DNA of 64,000 nucleotides from Selaginella moellendorffii (Eukaryota; Plantae; Lycopodiophyta): assembly GCF_000143415.4 (NCBI RefSeq), contig NW_003314297.1, positions 1,390,412 through 1,454,411 of the forward strand, in the 5' to 3' direction. Under the pieces are notes generated by a model. It searched no databases and had not been told where the DNA came from. It saw only the letters and a program-made list of their open reading frames with translations. The translations under genes and the position numbers were made by a program. Of this stretch, positions 11,622 to 22,766 are shown piece by piece (the first letter of the stretch is position 1; each line of letters opens with the position of its first letter).

Positions 11622-13835
11622 CTACTCCCTAGTGTCTTTACATTCTCGACTGCCACACTTGCACCTGAAAGCTTTGATGGGGTGGTTTTCGTCCGCAAAG
11701 TCGAGCTGATAGTCCTGTTTAAAAGAAGTTAAGATAGTTCTCTCCTTTTTTGTTTCTCACTCACCCATGTAAGTTCTTCCATGGCACTCACAGCGTGCTT
11801 GGTGAAGAGCGCAATCTAAAGATCAAGTCTGAGCAAAGAATCTCGAAGAGAAAACCGAAAAGAGATTGAAAAACTTACGTGGTAGAAGTGTCGATCGGGA
11901 CACTCGATTTCGACAGGAATGTCGATGAGATTGGCATCTCCACACCTGGAGGAAACAACGTTGATACGAAAGATCGAGCGCTGGAAAGAAACGAGAGACG
12001 ACAGTACCTGTGATTGATAAACCTGGCAACGTTTCCATAGTGTGTGCAGTCGAGGCACAAGAGGTGGTCGTCTTCCAGAATCCGCTCGGTGCAAACGTCG
12101 GAATCGAGATAGATTGGATAGAAATGCCTGGATTGCTTGAGAAAACGCTCCTCGTTCCTTTCGTCCAGCTCCGTGTTCGTGAGTATCTCCCCAATATACT
12201 CGCAGACGAACGCTCCCATGGGAAGATCTTCCGTGGTCCTCACTCCCCATCCTTTTCCAGTTGGAGTCCAAAACACCTGCGAAGAACAACAAAGTTCACT
12301 TAGAACCGAAACAAAGTTCACGTAGAACCAAAACTGAAGGGTACCTCGAGCTTGTATCTCACTCCTTGCTGAACGATTCGATTCCCACAGAGCTTCTTGT
12401 GGCACGTACACTTGACCCAGCACTCCTTGATGAACCGGCGAACGATGTGTCCTCGGCATTTCTCGGTCGAGCCCCGCGCCACCTCCATGGGACACTCTTT
12501 CTCGCACGTAACTCTCCGGCACGCCTCGTCACCCTGGGTCTCCCGGACGGCCTGCCTCAAAAGCTCCTTTTTGACGCAGCCATCCTCGTTGTACGCAAAC
12601 TCGCCGCCGGTCTCTCGCGCGCAGTGGCACGGCCACTTCTTCTTGAGGCAGTTCCCGAAGCAAGCCGTGCAGCAGTTGTCCTGCTCGATCTTGCACAGCC
12701 GGATTTCGATTTTGGCCTTCTCGTACGCGACGGCCACGGCGGTGTAGGTGAAGTCCTCCGGCAAACTCTCGTCGCCGCCTGGAGCTCGCACGAACGGTAT
12801 CGGGACGGACTCCGCGCCCTTCGCGATGTCGTTCGGATCGTGCCTTTGCTTCTTTTTATATCGGACTGGAGCACAAGAGAAGAAGCTTCGTCTGTCAGTG
12901 CAAGTTCTCGAGTTTTGGTGTAAGAAAAACGACTCACCCGAGCTTTCTCCCGTGTTGATTACTTCCAAAGCTTGCGGGACGCTAGGAACTCCTGCGAAAA
13001 CAGCGAAAGTTTTCATAGTGAAAAGGAAAAGACCATTTGGAACTTACCCAATGTCAAGTTTCTCGCGGCTGCTGAAACAAGCACGGAGCTGAGGAAACGA
13101 GAAACAGGAACGTATCCAAAGAAATTTACCTGGTGTATTCTTGCTGGAGGAGACTGGAAAACGAGTAGATCGGAATGTAGAGGAAATGAAAACGTAGACA
13201 CAAACCTGTTTTTACCAACTTGCCGGAGCTTTTCGGCTCGGCCGATCTCGGCGAGTTTTTCTTGTCCGCTTCGCATTGCAGGCGCAATTTTTTCACGCAT
13301 GCTACAGGATATAGTCATTAGTTCTAGAGAATGAAAAAGAACAAAGAAAAGACTAATGGAAAGTTTACCTGAAACGTGCTTGTTACTCTTCTCCAACGCT
13401 TCGTTATTCCTTCCCAACGGAATGAGAAACTCGTCAAGGCCTTTCCTCTTGACGCTGGGAGACGAGCTCGGACCAGCTGCGGATCGATATAGATCCAAAA
13501 CGAAATTGAAAACGAAGGAAAGATATGAGATGAAATTACCAGTTTCCACAACTGCATTGCCTCCTGGATCAAAAACTAGATAAGAAACGAAGGAAGATCG
13601 AAGAAGAAACGAGAATACCATCATCCACAAGCTCCATCACAAGAACTTCGAAGTTGTTCTCCTCAATGTGAGTCCAGCTCCCCTCGTAGACCTGGAAATC
13701 CACCGATGACCGCGAAAAGAATCCAAAAAAGAAGGATCTCACTCGCAGCAGCCTCCCAAGCACATCGAGCACCAGGCTTCTCTCAAAACCCAGCTCGGCC
13801 ATTTTGCTACAGGCAGCGTCTTTTTTCTCCTCCAT
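11622..13835 (-). CDS. SUVR4-like histone-lysine methyltransferase (WIYLD + pre-SET + SET + post-SET)
   Basis: WIYLD-like RLLRVYEGSWTHIEENNFEVL; FIKECWVKCTC..CGNRIVQQG; GKGWGVRT; NVARFINHRCGDANL; post-SET CKCGSREC. Confidence 0.92.
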
Positions 13836-13865
13836 CGCTAAACCCATTTTAGGGTTTGAGTGAGG

Positions 13866-14547
13866 ATGAGCGGCCGGCGCAGGGGAATGCGGCAGGCGCT
13901 GGATTCGGGGAGCTGCGTCGATCCTCGCGCGAGCGGCTTGTCAATCATGCGCGTTGTGGCGCTGCGCGGATCTAATCTCGTGGAGGTACTTTGGAATCTA
14001 AGGTGCGCTCTCGATTTGCTCACTAATGCTACAGTAGGTTGAAGATGAGAAGCTCGAGAGGACGCTGTGCTTGCTTCCTGCCAAGTTCAGCAAATCTCTG
14101 TGGATTAAACGAGGTAAGCTTTGGAGGATCCAGACCGGCATTTTGATTCTTTGCTTGTTCTCTAGGGAACTACGTTTTAGTGGAGGAATCAGATCGCCAA
14201 AAGCTGCTCGACGCAAATGCCAAAGTGACAGGAATAATCTCGCAGGTTCTTTACAGGGATCACGTCAAAGAACTCCAAAAGACCGGGTGCTGGTAAGTGA
14301 TTCGATCAAAGTTGCCAGGATGTCTCGCTCAAAAGCCAATTTTTTTTCCAGGCCTAAAGGCTTTCAGCTCACTGAACCAAAGGGTTGTTCTCAGCCAGCT
14401 TCGACCAACAAGGACCTGCAAGTAGAACCAGCTTCCGGAAATTCTAGTGATGAAGAGGATGATTTGCCAGCTCTGGAGCAGAACACAAACCGATCCAGAG
14501 GCGGGACCTTGTACTTGTCATCTTCGGAAAGTGACGAAGACTTGTGA
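13866..14547 (+). CDS. EIF1AD: EIF1AD (eIF1A-domain RNA-binding protein) (exons 13866-13985, 14038-14113, 14166-14292, 14352-14547)
   Basis: Spliced product RVVALRGSNLVEVEDE...LLPAKFSKSLWIKRGNYVLVEE...KVTGIISQVL...WP and C-terminal DDLPALEQNTNR; all three introns GT-AG and in phase; not captured as one ORF in the track. Confidence 0.9.
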
Positions 14548-15405
14548 CAAAGATCTTCCTCGGTACTTGAAGTTCCTCACCAAAGTTCACTTTTTTCTCT
14601 GTAGAATTCACTCGTTTCACTTTTAGGACAGAGGAACTCTGGAGAGCGATCAAGGATTTTGTTCGAGACTCGGCTCCCGGTAAGTTTTTTTTACTTCGAT
14701 CAATCAATCGCTTCGAGAGCTGTTTGGACCAAGGCCTAGTGATTATCAGAAAGAACGGAGATAAGATGGAGTCGACTTGTCGAAGCTCGCAGCAGCGGTA
14801 AAAACTCTGTTGTGGCTCCAAGTCAATTCCGCGCGACAAAAAACAAGAGAAGAGTGAAAAAACTCAGCTAAACGTATGACAATGAAGGCCTCCAAACAGA
14901 CTCGAAGCATATCCCGCGCTAGATCCTCTGAGCTGAGCTGACTTACACTCACCCCTCTGATGTATAACAGCCCAGCAATTAAGCTAATTTAAAGGCGGAC
15001 GAGGAGTCTTTCGAGCGTGCGTTAAATGCATCGTGTTTATATATTGTATTCTTCTCACTAGTTTTTTTTTGTTTTTCCTCTGTGACCATCCATCGATCCA
15101 AAGGAAAAAAACAACTTTGCGCTTCCAAAGTCTTCCAATTTCTCTGTGAAGTTCCAGAGCCGATTTTAATGGCGCTTCTCAGAAGTTGGTAGCCAGATGA
15201 AGTCCAGCCAGGGAGAGAGAAGAATCTGCCGCGAATCTCCGCGCGAAAACTCCGTATAAATACTTGGGCCATGCCTTCGTCTTGTTCTCAGATTGGAGCT
15301 TCTTTCTGGCGCCGAGCGTAAGCGCACTTCGCTTTGTTTGATCGAGAGGTGTGCTTATTGCTTTGCGCTTGTTTCCTTGTTGCTAGATCGATCGGCCCCG
15401 GCGCG

Positions 15406-16621
15406 ATGGCTTCCAATGCAGCAGCGGGATTGCTCGTCCTCTTGGTGGCGCTCATCGCTTCGATCGCCAATGCTGATGGTAAGGAAGAACCATCGTCCTT
15501 TTTTGTTTCATCTTTGCGAGATTTCCTTTGATCGGTGACTTCGATCAGGTGGTCGCAAGCTAATGAAGAGCCAGGTGGAGCAGTACTACGACACTCCATC
15601 CCCGGTTTATCCCTCGCCATCCCCGGTTTATCAAAGCCCCAGTCCGGTATACAAGTCTCCTCCATCCCCAGTTTATTCATCGCCTTCTCCAGTCTACAGT
15701 CCACCACCATCTCCAGTTTATTCTTCTCCTTCTCCAGTCTACAGCCCGCCACCATCTCCAGTTTATTCCTCACCATCTCCAGTTTATCACAGTCCCCCTC
15801 CTGTTTATTCCTCGCCATCTCCAGTTTATCACAGCCCCCCACCATCTCCAGTTTATTCATCGCCATCCCCGGTTTACAAGCCCTCTCCATCTCCATCCCC
15901 GGTTTACAAGCCATCTCCATCTCCATCCCCAGTTTACAAGCCATCTCCATCTCCAGTTTATCACAGCCCTCCTCCGGTCTACTCCTCGCCATCCCCGGTT
16001 TATAAGCCATCGCCTTCCCCAGTTTACCACAGTCCACCTCCAGTCTATTCCTCTCCATCACCCGTGTATCACAGCCCACCTCCGGTTTACTCGTCTCCAT
16101 CGCCTGTGTATCACAGCCCACCTCCGGTTTACACTTCTCCATCTCCGGTTTATCACAGCCCATCTCCAGTTTACGCTTCTCCATCTCCTGTATATCACAG
16201 TCCCTCTCCAGTGTATCAATCACCATCGCCAGTATACTCCTCGCCATCTCCAGTTTACAAGTCGCCACCATCCCCAGTATATTCTTCTCCATCCCCGGTT
16301 TACAGGTCGCCACCCTCGCCTGTATATTCATCTCCATCCCCAGTTTACAGGTCGCCACCTTCTCCGGTGTACTCGTCTCCGGCGCCAGTTTACAGATCGC
16401 CACCATCGCCGGTATATTCGTCCCCGTCTCCGGTCTATTCGCCGCCACCATCGCCAGTTTATTCACCACCACCATCGCCGGTATACTCATCGCCATCGCC
16501 AGTCTACAAATCGTCACCGCCTCCGGTGTACTCGTCACCGTCGCCAGTGTACAAGCCCCCGACGCCGCCGCCGGTTTATTCGTCTCCATCGCCGGTTTAT
16601 TCTTCGCCACCTCCCTACTGA
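15406..16621 (+). CDS. Extensin-like hydroxyproline-rich cell-wall glycoprotein (exons 15406-15478, 15549-16621)
   Basis: Signal peptide MASNAAAGLLVLLVALIASIANA; tandem SPSPVY / SPPPVY / VYK / VYH repeats; TATAAATA at about 15256. Confidence 0.93.
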
Positions 16622-17289
16622 AGGATGCTTAGAATGTAAAGTTTCCATTCTCTGAAATTTCAATGAGCATTGTTTTCGGAAATATTGGTTTCCATTCTCC
16701 TAGAACAGTATGGGTTAACGTTTGAGCCGGAGAGGTTTTTCTTCGGCGATGAGAGATCTTTCGCTTCAATTTAAGCTCTTCGCGTATGGTTTCCTGGACT
16801 CCGCGGATCGAGCAGAACAGCACCACCTTCATTCTTCTTTTTAGCTCTGGAGTTTCTCCAGCTAGATCTAAGTTCAATCCTACAGAAACTACTCTCCATC
16901 AACATATGCCGCACCTCCGCGCAGGATGATTTCACATATGATGTCAAAACGGCCGCGGGTATTTAATCGACAATCGCAAAGACGGTGCTAGATCTGAAAT
17001 TTAAAACAATGTGCGAAATCAGCTACTGAGAATCTTTAGCATAGCGGTATATTCGCTTGAACCATAGACCCGCCGCATGGTTTTGAGCGAGGCATGCTGG
17101 CTCTCGGCGTCGATGGTATGTTCGATCCAAGGCTTCTTCGTTTCCTGCCCTGCATGAATCCTCTAGAAAATTGTCAGCACTGCTTCGACAAATCTCGGCT
17201 CTTGGCACTCCACCAGGCCGGGAAAGCTCTGGCCGCCCTGTTCTAACCTCGACATTCGCTGGGAAGGGCAATCGAAAGAAGAAAGCTTC

Positions 17290-18900
17290 TTTCCCGGATC
17301 ACTCCCAGCTCCGGCGCATTCTACTGCGCGATCTAGAGGATCACGGCCGAGTGATCTGTGGCACGCTCCATTCCGCGTCAGGGGCGTGATGACCGTGCTC
17401 GAATCGGAGGAATGCGAGAGCTTGGCGCTGAGGGTTGCCATCTACGACGAAGATCCGGCATGGCGCAGGAAATATGCCTCTGGGAAGAAAGGGGCCGTAC
17501 TTCAAGCGCGGCGCCGACGGTGTTCTCTTCGTTCGCGTCGACAATCCCAGGTCCATTCAAGAGATCTCGAGCTTTGCTTGCGGTGACGATGATGCCCCCG
17601 CGAGTGACAGCGCTTCTTCTCCGCCAGGGAAGGACTACCCCGCCGCCAACTCTCTCAAGACCGAAGGGAATCACTTCTTCGGCCTCAAGAACTGGAACAA
17701 GGCCATCGATCTTTACTCCCAGTGCGTGAAGAGGTGTGAGGCAGCGCTGGCGCGAGGATCCATCGCTGGCGACGCGGAGAACGCCCTCAAGGTAGAAGTT
17801 TTGCTGCCGGCGCTCTCCAATCGTGCCGAGGCTTTCCTGAAGCTCGAGGACTTCGAGCACGCTCTGGTGGATTCAAACAAAGCGCGATGGTGGGCATATG
17901 AAGAGCACGCATCGCAAGGCGCAGGCACTGGAAGGCTTGCAAGAGTTTGAGAAGGCTGTGAGAAGGCGCTCGAGCTCTCTCCCTGGTCGTCGGCCGACCT
18001 CGCTCCATGCTTCGTGCATGCAAGGCTTGCGACCAGCAGAGCAAGACTGGGGAGTTCGAGATCGATGGTTTTTTCCAGAAGAAAGATCCGGCACCGAAAT
18101 GCAGCGATTTCGTTGGGCCCGTGGACCTGATCGCTGCGGATGTCGACGACAGTGGACGTGGTGTTGGGCTTTTTGCGACCAAGGACGTGAAAGTTGGCGA
18201 GCTTCTGGTCGTGAGCAACGCTCTTGCTACTGGGTACTACGGCACTCTTGCGTGAGCAACGTTTCTCTGGTTCAAGTTGGAGACGCCATGTTTGCTCACG
18301 CCGCTCGGGACATCAAGGCCGGGGAGGAGCTCTTTCTCAGCTCCTTCAACACCTTGCAGCCTCTCGGGCGTCGGCAGGCCTTTGCAAGCGGCCTGGGATT
18401 CGCGTGCCGCTGCAAGCGGTGCCTGTTCGACAGCTCTCTCGAGATGCTTCTTCGGGACGTGGAGGATCGTTTCGAGGACGTTGTTCCTATGATCTAGGTC
18501 TGTTCAATCAGGACTGCTGCTGGAGATTTCACTCTGGCGCTGGAGAAGAAGCTCCAGCTGGTCGATGCTGATGAAGAGAAGTGCTGGCTGCGAGCTTCTT
18601 ACACGCTTTCGTACCTCACTGCGGCTGTCAACTTGGAGCTCCTGGTGAACTCTCCCGAGAGGATTTGCAGTGGCGAGGAGCTGCTGAAGTTCATCGAGAC
18701 GACTTGCCCCGGCCACTCCGTGATGCTGGAATTCATGGCGAAGAAGGTTGGAACGATGATGTTTGGGAGGGGCGTAAAGCAAGGGCGGGCTTCTGGATAA
18801 GGAGCTTGTGATGCGAGTTCACAGGGCGGCTTTTGGTAGCAGGAAGTGCGATCTCAAGGGCGTGCTGAAGATCTGGTACAACCAGTGTGAGATGGTACGT
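17290..18900 (+). pseudogene. TPR + SET-domain methyltransferase pseudogene (frameshifts, internal deletion)
   Basis: PYFKRGADG..VRVDNP; TPR LKTEGNHFF...ALSNRAEAFLKL; SET GRGVGLFATKDVKVGELL and HSCVSNV...ARDIKAGEEL...GFACRCKRC spread over different frames with stops. Confidence 0.75.
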
Positions 18901-19164
18901 TCGTTTCTAAGTTTTCACTTCGCTCTCATGTAACCAGTTTGTGTTGCAGACTCCAAGCACTTTCGTTTGAAAGTTTCGTGACAACGAGTTCGTTCGATCT
19001 TATATGGTGTGGAATTTGGATTTCTAACTAAGGATTTTTTATTTACTCTTCTCTTTGCAGATCCAAGCACTCTTCGTGTTTTTTGTCTTCGATCTTATGC
19101 TTTCAATGTAAAGATATATCTATTTTGTCATGGTGTGATTCAATCTATGGTGAGTGAGCTTGTT

Positions 19165-19760
19165 TGGGAGAGGTGTGAAGCATGCCAACGGATGCAAAGG
19201 CGGGCTCCTTGACAAGGAGTTTGTGATATGAGGTCAAAAGGCGGCTTTTGGTAGCAGGCCGATCTCAAGGATGTGGTGAAGATCTGGTACAACCAGTGGG
19301 ATGGTACGTTCGTTCCTATGTTTTCACTTCGTTTTTTCGTTTGTTTTTTGAAAGTTACTTTATTGGTTCCTCGCCAATGGGCTTGTCGCGATGTGGCAAA
19401 TCAGAACGAGGAAATGCTGGTGGTCGGGAGTTTGACGATTGCTCGCTACAGAGGGCAAGCTCAGGAAAATATGGGGAATTTCTTAACGCGGCGTGCTGGC
19501 AAGAACAAGGATTTGCGGTATTTCTCCTTCCTGTTTCTCAGGGTGAGGTTGAGCTCCGGGCGGAAGAGTCTAGCCCGACGACGCGATTGAGGAAGCGAAG
19601 AATCCGTCCAGGAGATGCAAGGAAGACTGCGAGTGACAAGGACGCGCCGGATGAGGGAGGAAACAGCTATGCCGCGATCAACGAAGCCAAGGAGGAGCTC
19701 AAGGACAACTGACCATCTCGAATGCCAGCGATGTGGAAAAATCTCGAGAAGGGATCTAAG
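19165..19760 (+). pseudogene. Degraded duplicate of the TPR-SET 3' end plus a LEA-like gene fragment
   Basis: 19240-19330 repeats 18830-18925; 19385-19750 matches 27105-27700 (TIARYRGQAQENMGNFL, KDAPDEG..SY.AINEAKEELKD). Confidence 0.8.
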
Positions 19761-22700
19761 GAAGCGAGTGAGTTATAATCATTTGAACCTTCGACCTTGT
19801 GGTTAGCTAAGTTATTGATAAAGGTTCCGCTCCTCTGTGTCATGGTCTTGGCATCGTTTCCTGGAGGGTCTTGTGCTCCGTTGCTCCTGGAGTTCGTTGA
19901 TGATGAAGACTTCCATGATTTGTGCTCGTGCGTTTGTCGTCGGCAATCCATGTTGGTGAGGTACCGCTAGCGGTGTTGCAAGTCCAGGGGCGGCTAGTAG
20001 TTGGGTGTTCCAGTCAGTGCAGAGGTGCATACTTCATGGAACTTTGGTTGGTTGTGCCTAATTCGAGTGGCTCCCTGTTCCGTATCATGCAATTGTTCTC
20101 TTGTTGTGCCATACATCTCGTCCGGGTTGATCTCCTGTGTATAAGTGGTACTTGGTTTTGGCTTTCCTGTTGTTGATCCACTCGATCAAGGTTGTGTCTA
20201 AAGGTCAGTGTTTTCCTTGAAGCTCTTGAGCAAGTGGTCGAGATTGTGTCCAAATCTGGTCATCCATCTGACTACGTCGTGCCACCCTCCTGTCCCGTGT
20301 TGTTGATCCAGTTGTTTGGAGTCCTCAATGGCAAGTCCGCAAGCTTTCCTCCTCGTAGGAACCAGTTCTTCTGCACACCAACACACTCTGCTGCGTCTTT
20401 CAGACTCGATTCACGCTGGGTCTGCTGTGAGCGCCGGGAAACCGGCACACGCACCCCCACCCCCTCGCTGGGTGTCCAAACAGTGAAGATAGAGGATAGT
20501 TCGGCTCCATGCCGTGGTCTCTATGGGCAAAAGGCCAGCTTTGGTCCCCACCGTAAAGCACCACTGTTGTGCGGTAGTATACCTTTTTGGCTTCCCGGCA
20601 AGTGGTGACAGTTCTAGTGTAGAGCTTGTTCCACTGCCCTTCGTGCTGCCTAGCTAGGGAAATTGTCCATCAAATGTAATTCCATGCTTCTTTCCTGCGT
20701 TTTGCATAAAGCAACTTACATTGGTAATAACAGTGAGATTTTGCCATTGCAAGATACATTAGAGCATCAACAATATTTTGATAGTTTTAGGATTTCTCCC
20801 CCTAACTTTAGAAAAAAATTCTTCACAGTGTTGACATAACGAAGAGATAAATTGAGAAAAATACATGTATTCTATTGATGCAGAATAAACTTTCATGATA
20901 ATCTATTGTAATGTATTTGCAAGACCAAGCCAATATGATATCTCACTGAGATCAGTTCATCCATATAGATAATAATGATTGAAATTGTAGCAAACATAAA
21001 TATTCTTTGTCCTTATGAATCCAGGAAATTTATTAATTGTGGGAAAGAAACCTTCATCAAATATCACACAAGAAGTGGAGTTAAAATATGTATAATTATA
21101 AGTGGGAGAGATGATATTTCAATAGCATTGTACTTATTGAACAAGATTATGAAGGGTTGTTAATGCAAATGCATGTATAAGTTTTACAAAATCTTAATGA
21201 ACATACCTAATTTGATCTATTTTAACATATTTAGCTCTGCACTAAATAAAAAACTTTAGAAATGAATACTATATTGCATAATTGACATAATTGCTAAAAA
21301 GTATTGTCATAATTATCAATATATCCAAAAGTGTATTTTGCATAAGTGGTGGTGCTCAATTATAATGTTGTACCTTGAAGATATATTGGAAACTTACATA
21401 GATATTGAACATCATCCTAAGAATTATAGATGGCAATCACTATAAAATGATTAACTAATAGTACATATCATCTCTAAAATTCTTACAAAAATAATTCCAC
21501 CAAAACTTAAATATTAGTAATAAAAGCAAAGAGTTACACCACATGTCATGAATGTATTTTAATTGTTTAGTTGTAATGGCATAACATATGTAATTGCACT
21601 AATTATTGCTCTAGAATAGAAAGAAGAGGAGGCCACTATAAAAGAGTATGTTACTTTATTATAAAGATGAGAAAAAAGAAGCAAAAAGAAAAAAAAGCAA
21701 AAGAGATCAAAGGCTAAATCTAAATTAAAAATAGAAATCGAAGCACACCTCAAGGACAATCATATTTTTCTTTAAATATAAGTGTATAAAATATAAAAAT
21801 GTGCAATTTTGATTAACCCAAAAAAAACCTTAATTTATAAATGGTTCAAATTAAAACCTTAAAAAAACTATAAAAAATTGTAGACCACATATTTCAAGTT
21901 TGAGTGTGTTAAATGCACCAATTCTAACATCTCGTCAAGTTGAAGCATACAGCATTTAGAAAGAATACTTGTGATTCCAGTGATTGGGTGAGTTTAACTT
22001 ATTTTCTTCTTTTATGTGTTGCTTTTGGAATTTCCTCATCACTAGAATGTTCTCCTTAGCAGCAAGGAACCTGAATGCGGTGGGAGCACTGCAATCTTAT
22101 TAAAAAACAGCATTTCTAAAGTTTTAGTCTAATGCTTCATAGTCATGTAAACAATATATAATGAATACTTCAGTACCATTTGAATAGGCTCAACATTTGG
22201 CAGTAAGTCTACTGCAAATAAATTGGATCCATCCCCTTAGAACACTTAAAAAACTGATTACGACCGTTCTGGGTACGACCCCCAAACCATGTCACCCTTT
22301 GAATTGATCAGTCCGTTGAGCTGTACTGTGGGAAACTGAAACACGCAAGTTGTTCCAGCCATCCAAACTCATCTTCGCATTTGCTCACATATAAACATAA
22401 TTCAAATGCAATTTGTTGGAAGGTCAAGGTTGTAATGTCAACAAAAACATATTTTATGGAGTTAGAGTACGTATCCACATGGTTGTGGTTGACAATAAAG
22501 ATTTAATGCCCATAAAATTGATCTATGAAAGATGTGTTGTATGACACCTTGAGCACGGTTTTCCATCGGGCTCCTCCCAAAGTCACATATTCTGATTTTA
22601 GAAGGCCTCAAAAAATCTTGAATCGCTTGCGTGAGGGGTCAGATGGATTCCGAACATCCTGTCAATCATCTCGCCACTCTCGTCCACGGGTCTGACCGCC

Positions 22701-22766
22701 CTCGCCTCAGGAGCGAATGATCAGGTGAGACGCCTAGAGATAGATCTTAGGCCACGAGCAAGAATC

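Noticed and set aside
15288-16610. 440-aa minus-strand ORF (MEM/CKP repeats)
   Set aside because: Antisense shadow of the repetitive extensin codons; no independent signals
19790-20640. Several 60-138-aa ORFs in a moderately GC-rich block
   Set aside because: No recognisable domain; possibly decayed TE but not supportable by eye
20700-22200. AT-rich block possibly derived from a DNA transposon
   Set aside because: No terminal inverted repeats, target-site duplication or convincing transposase motif found
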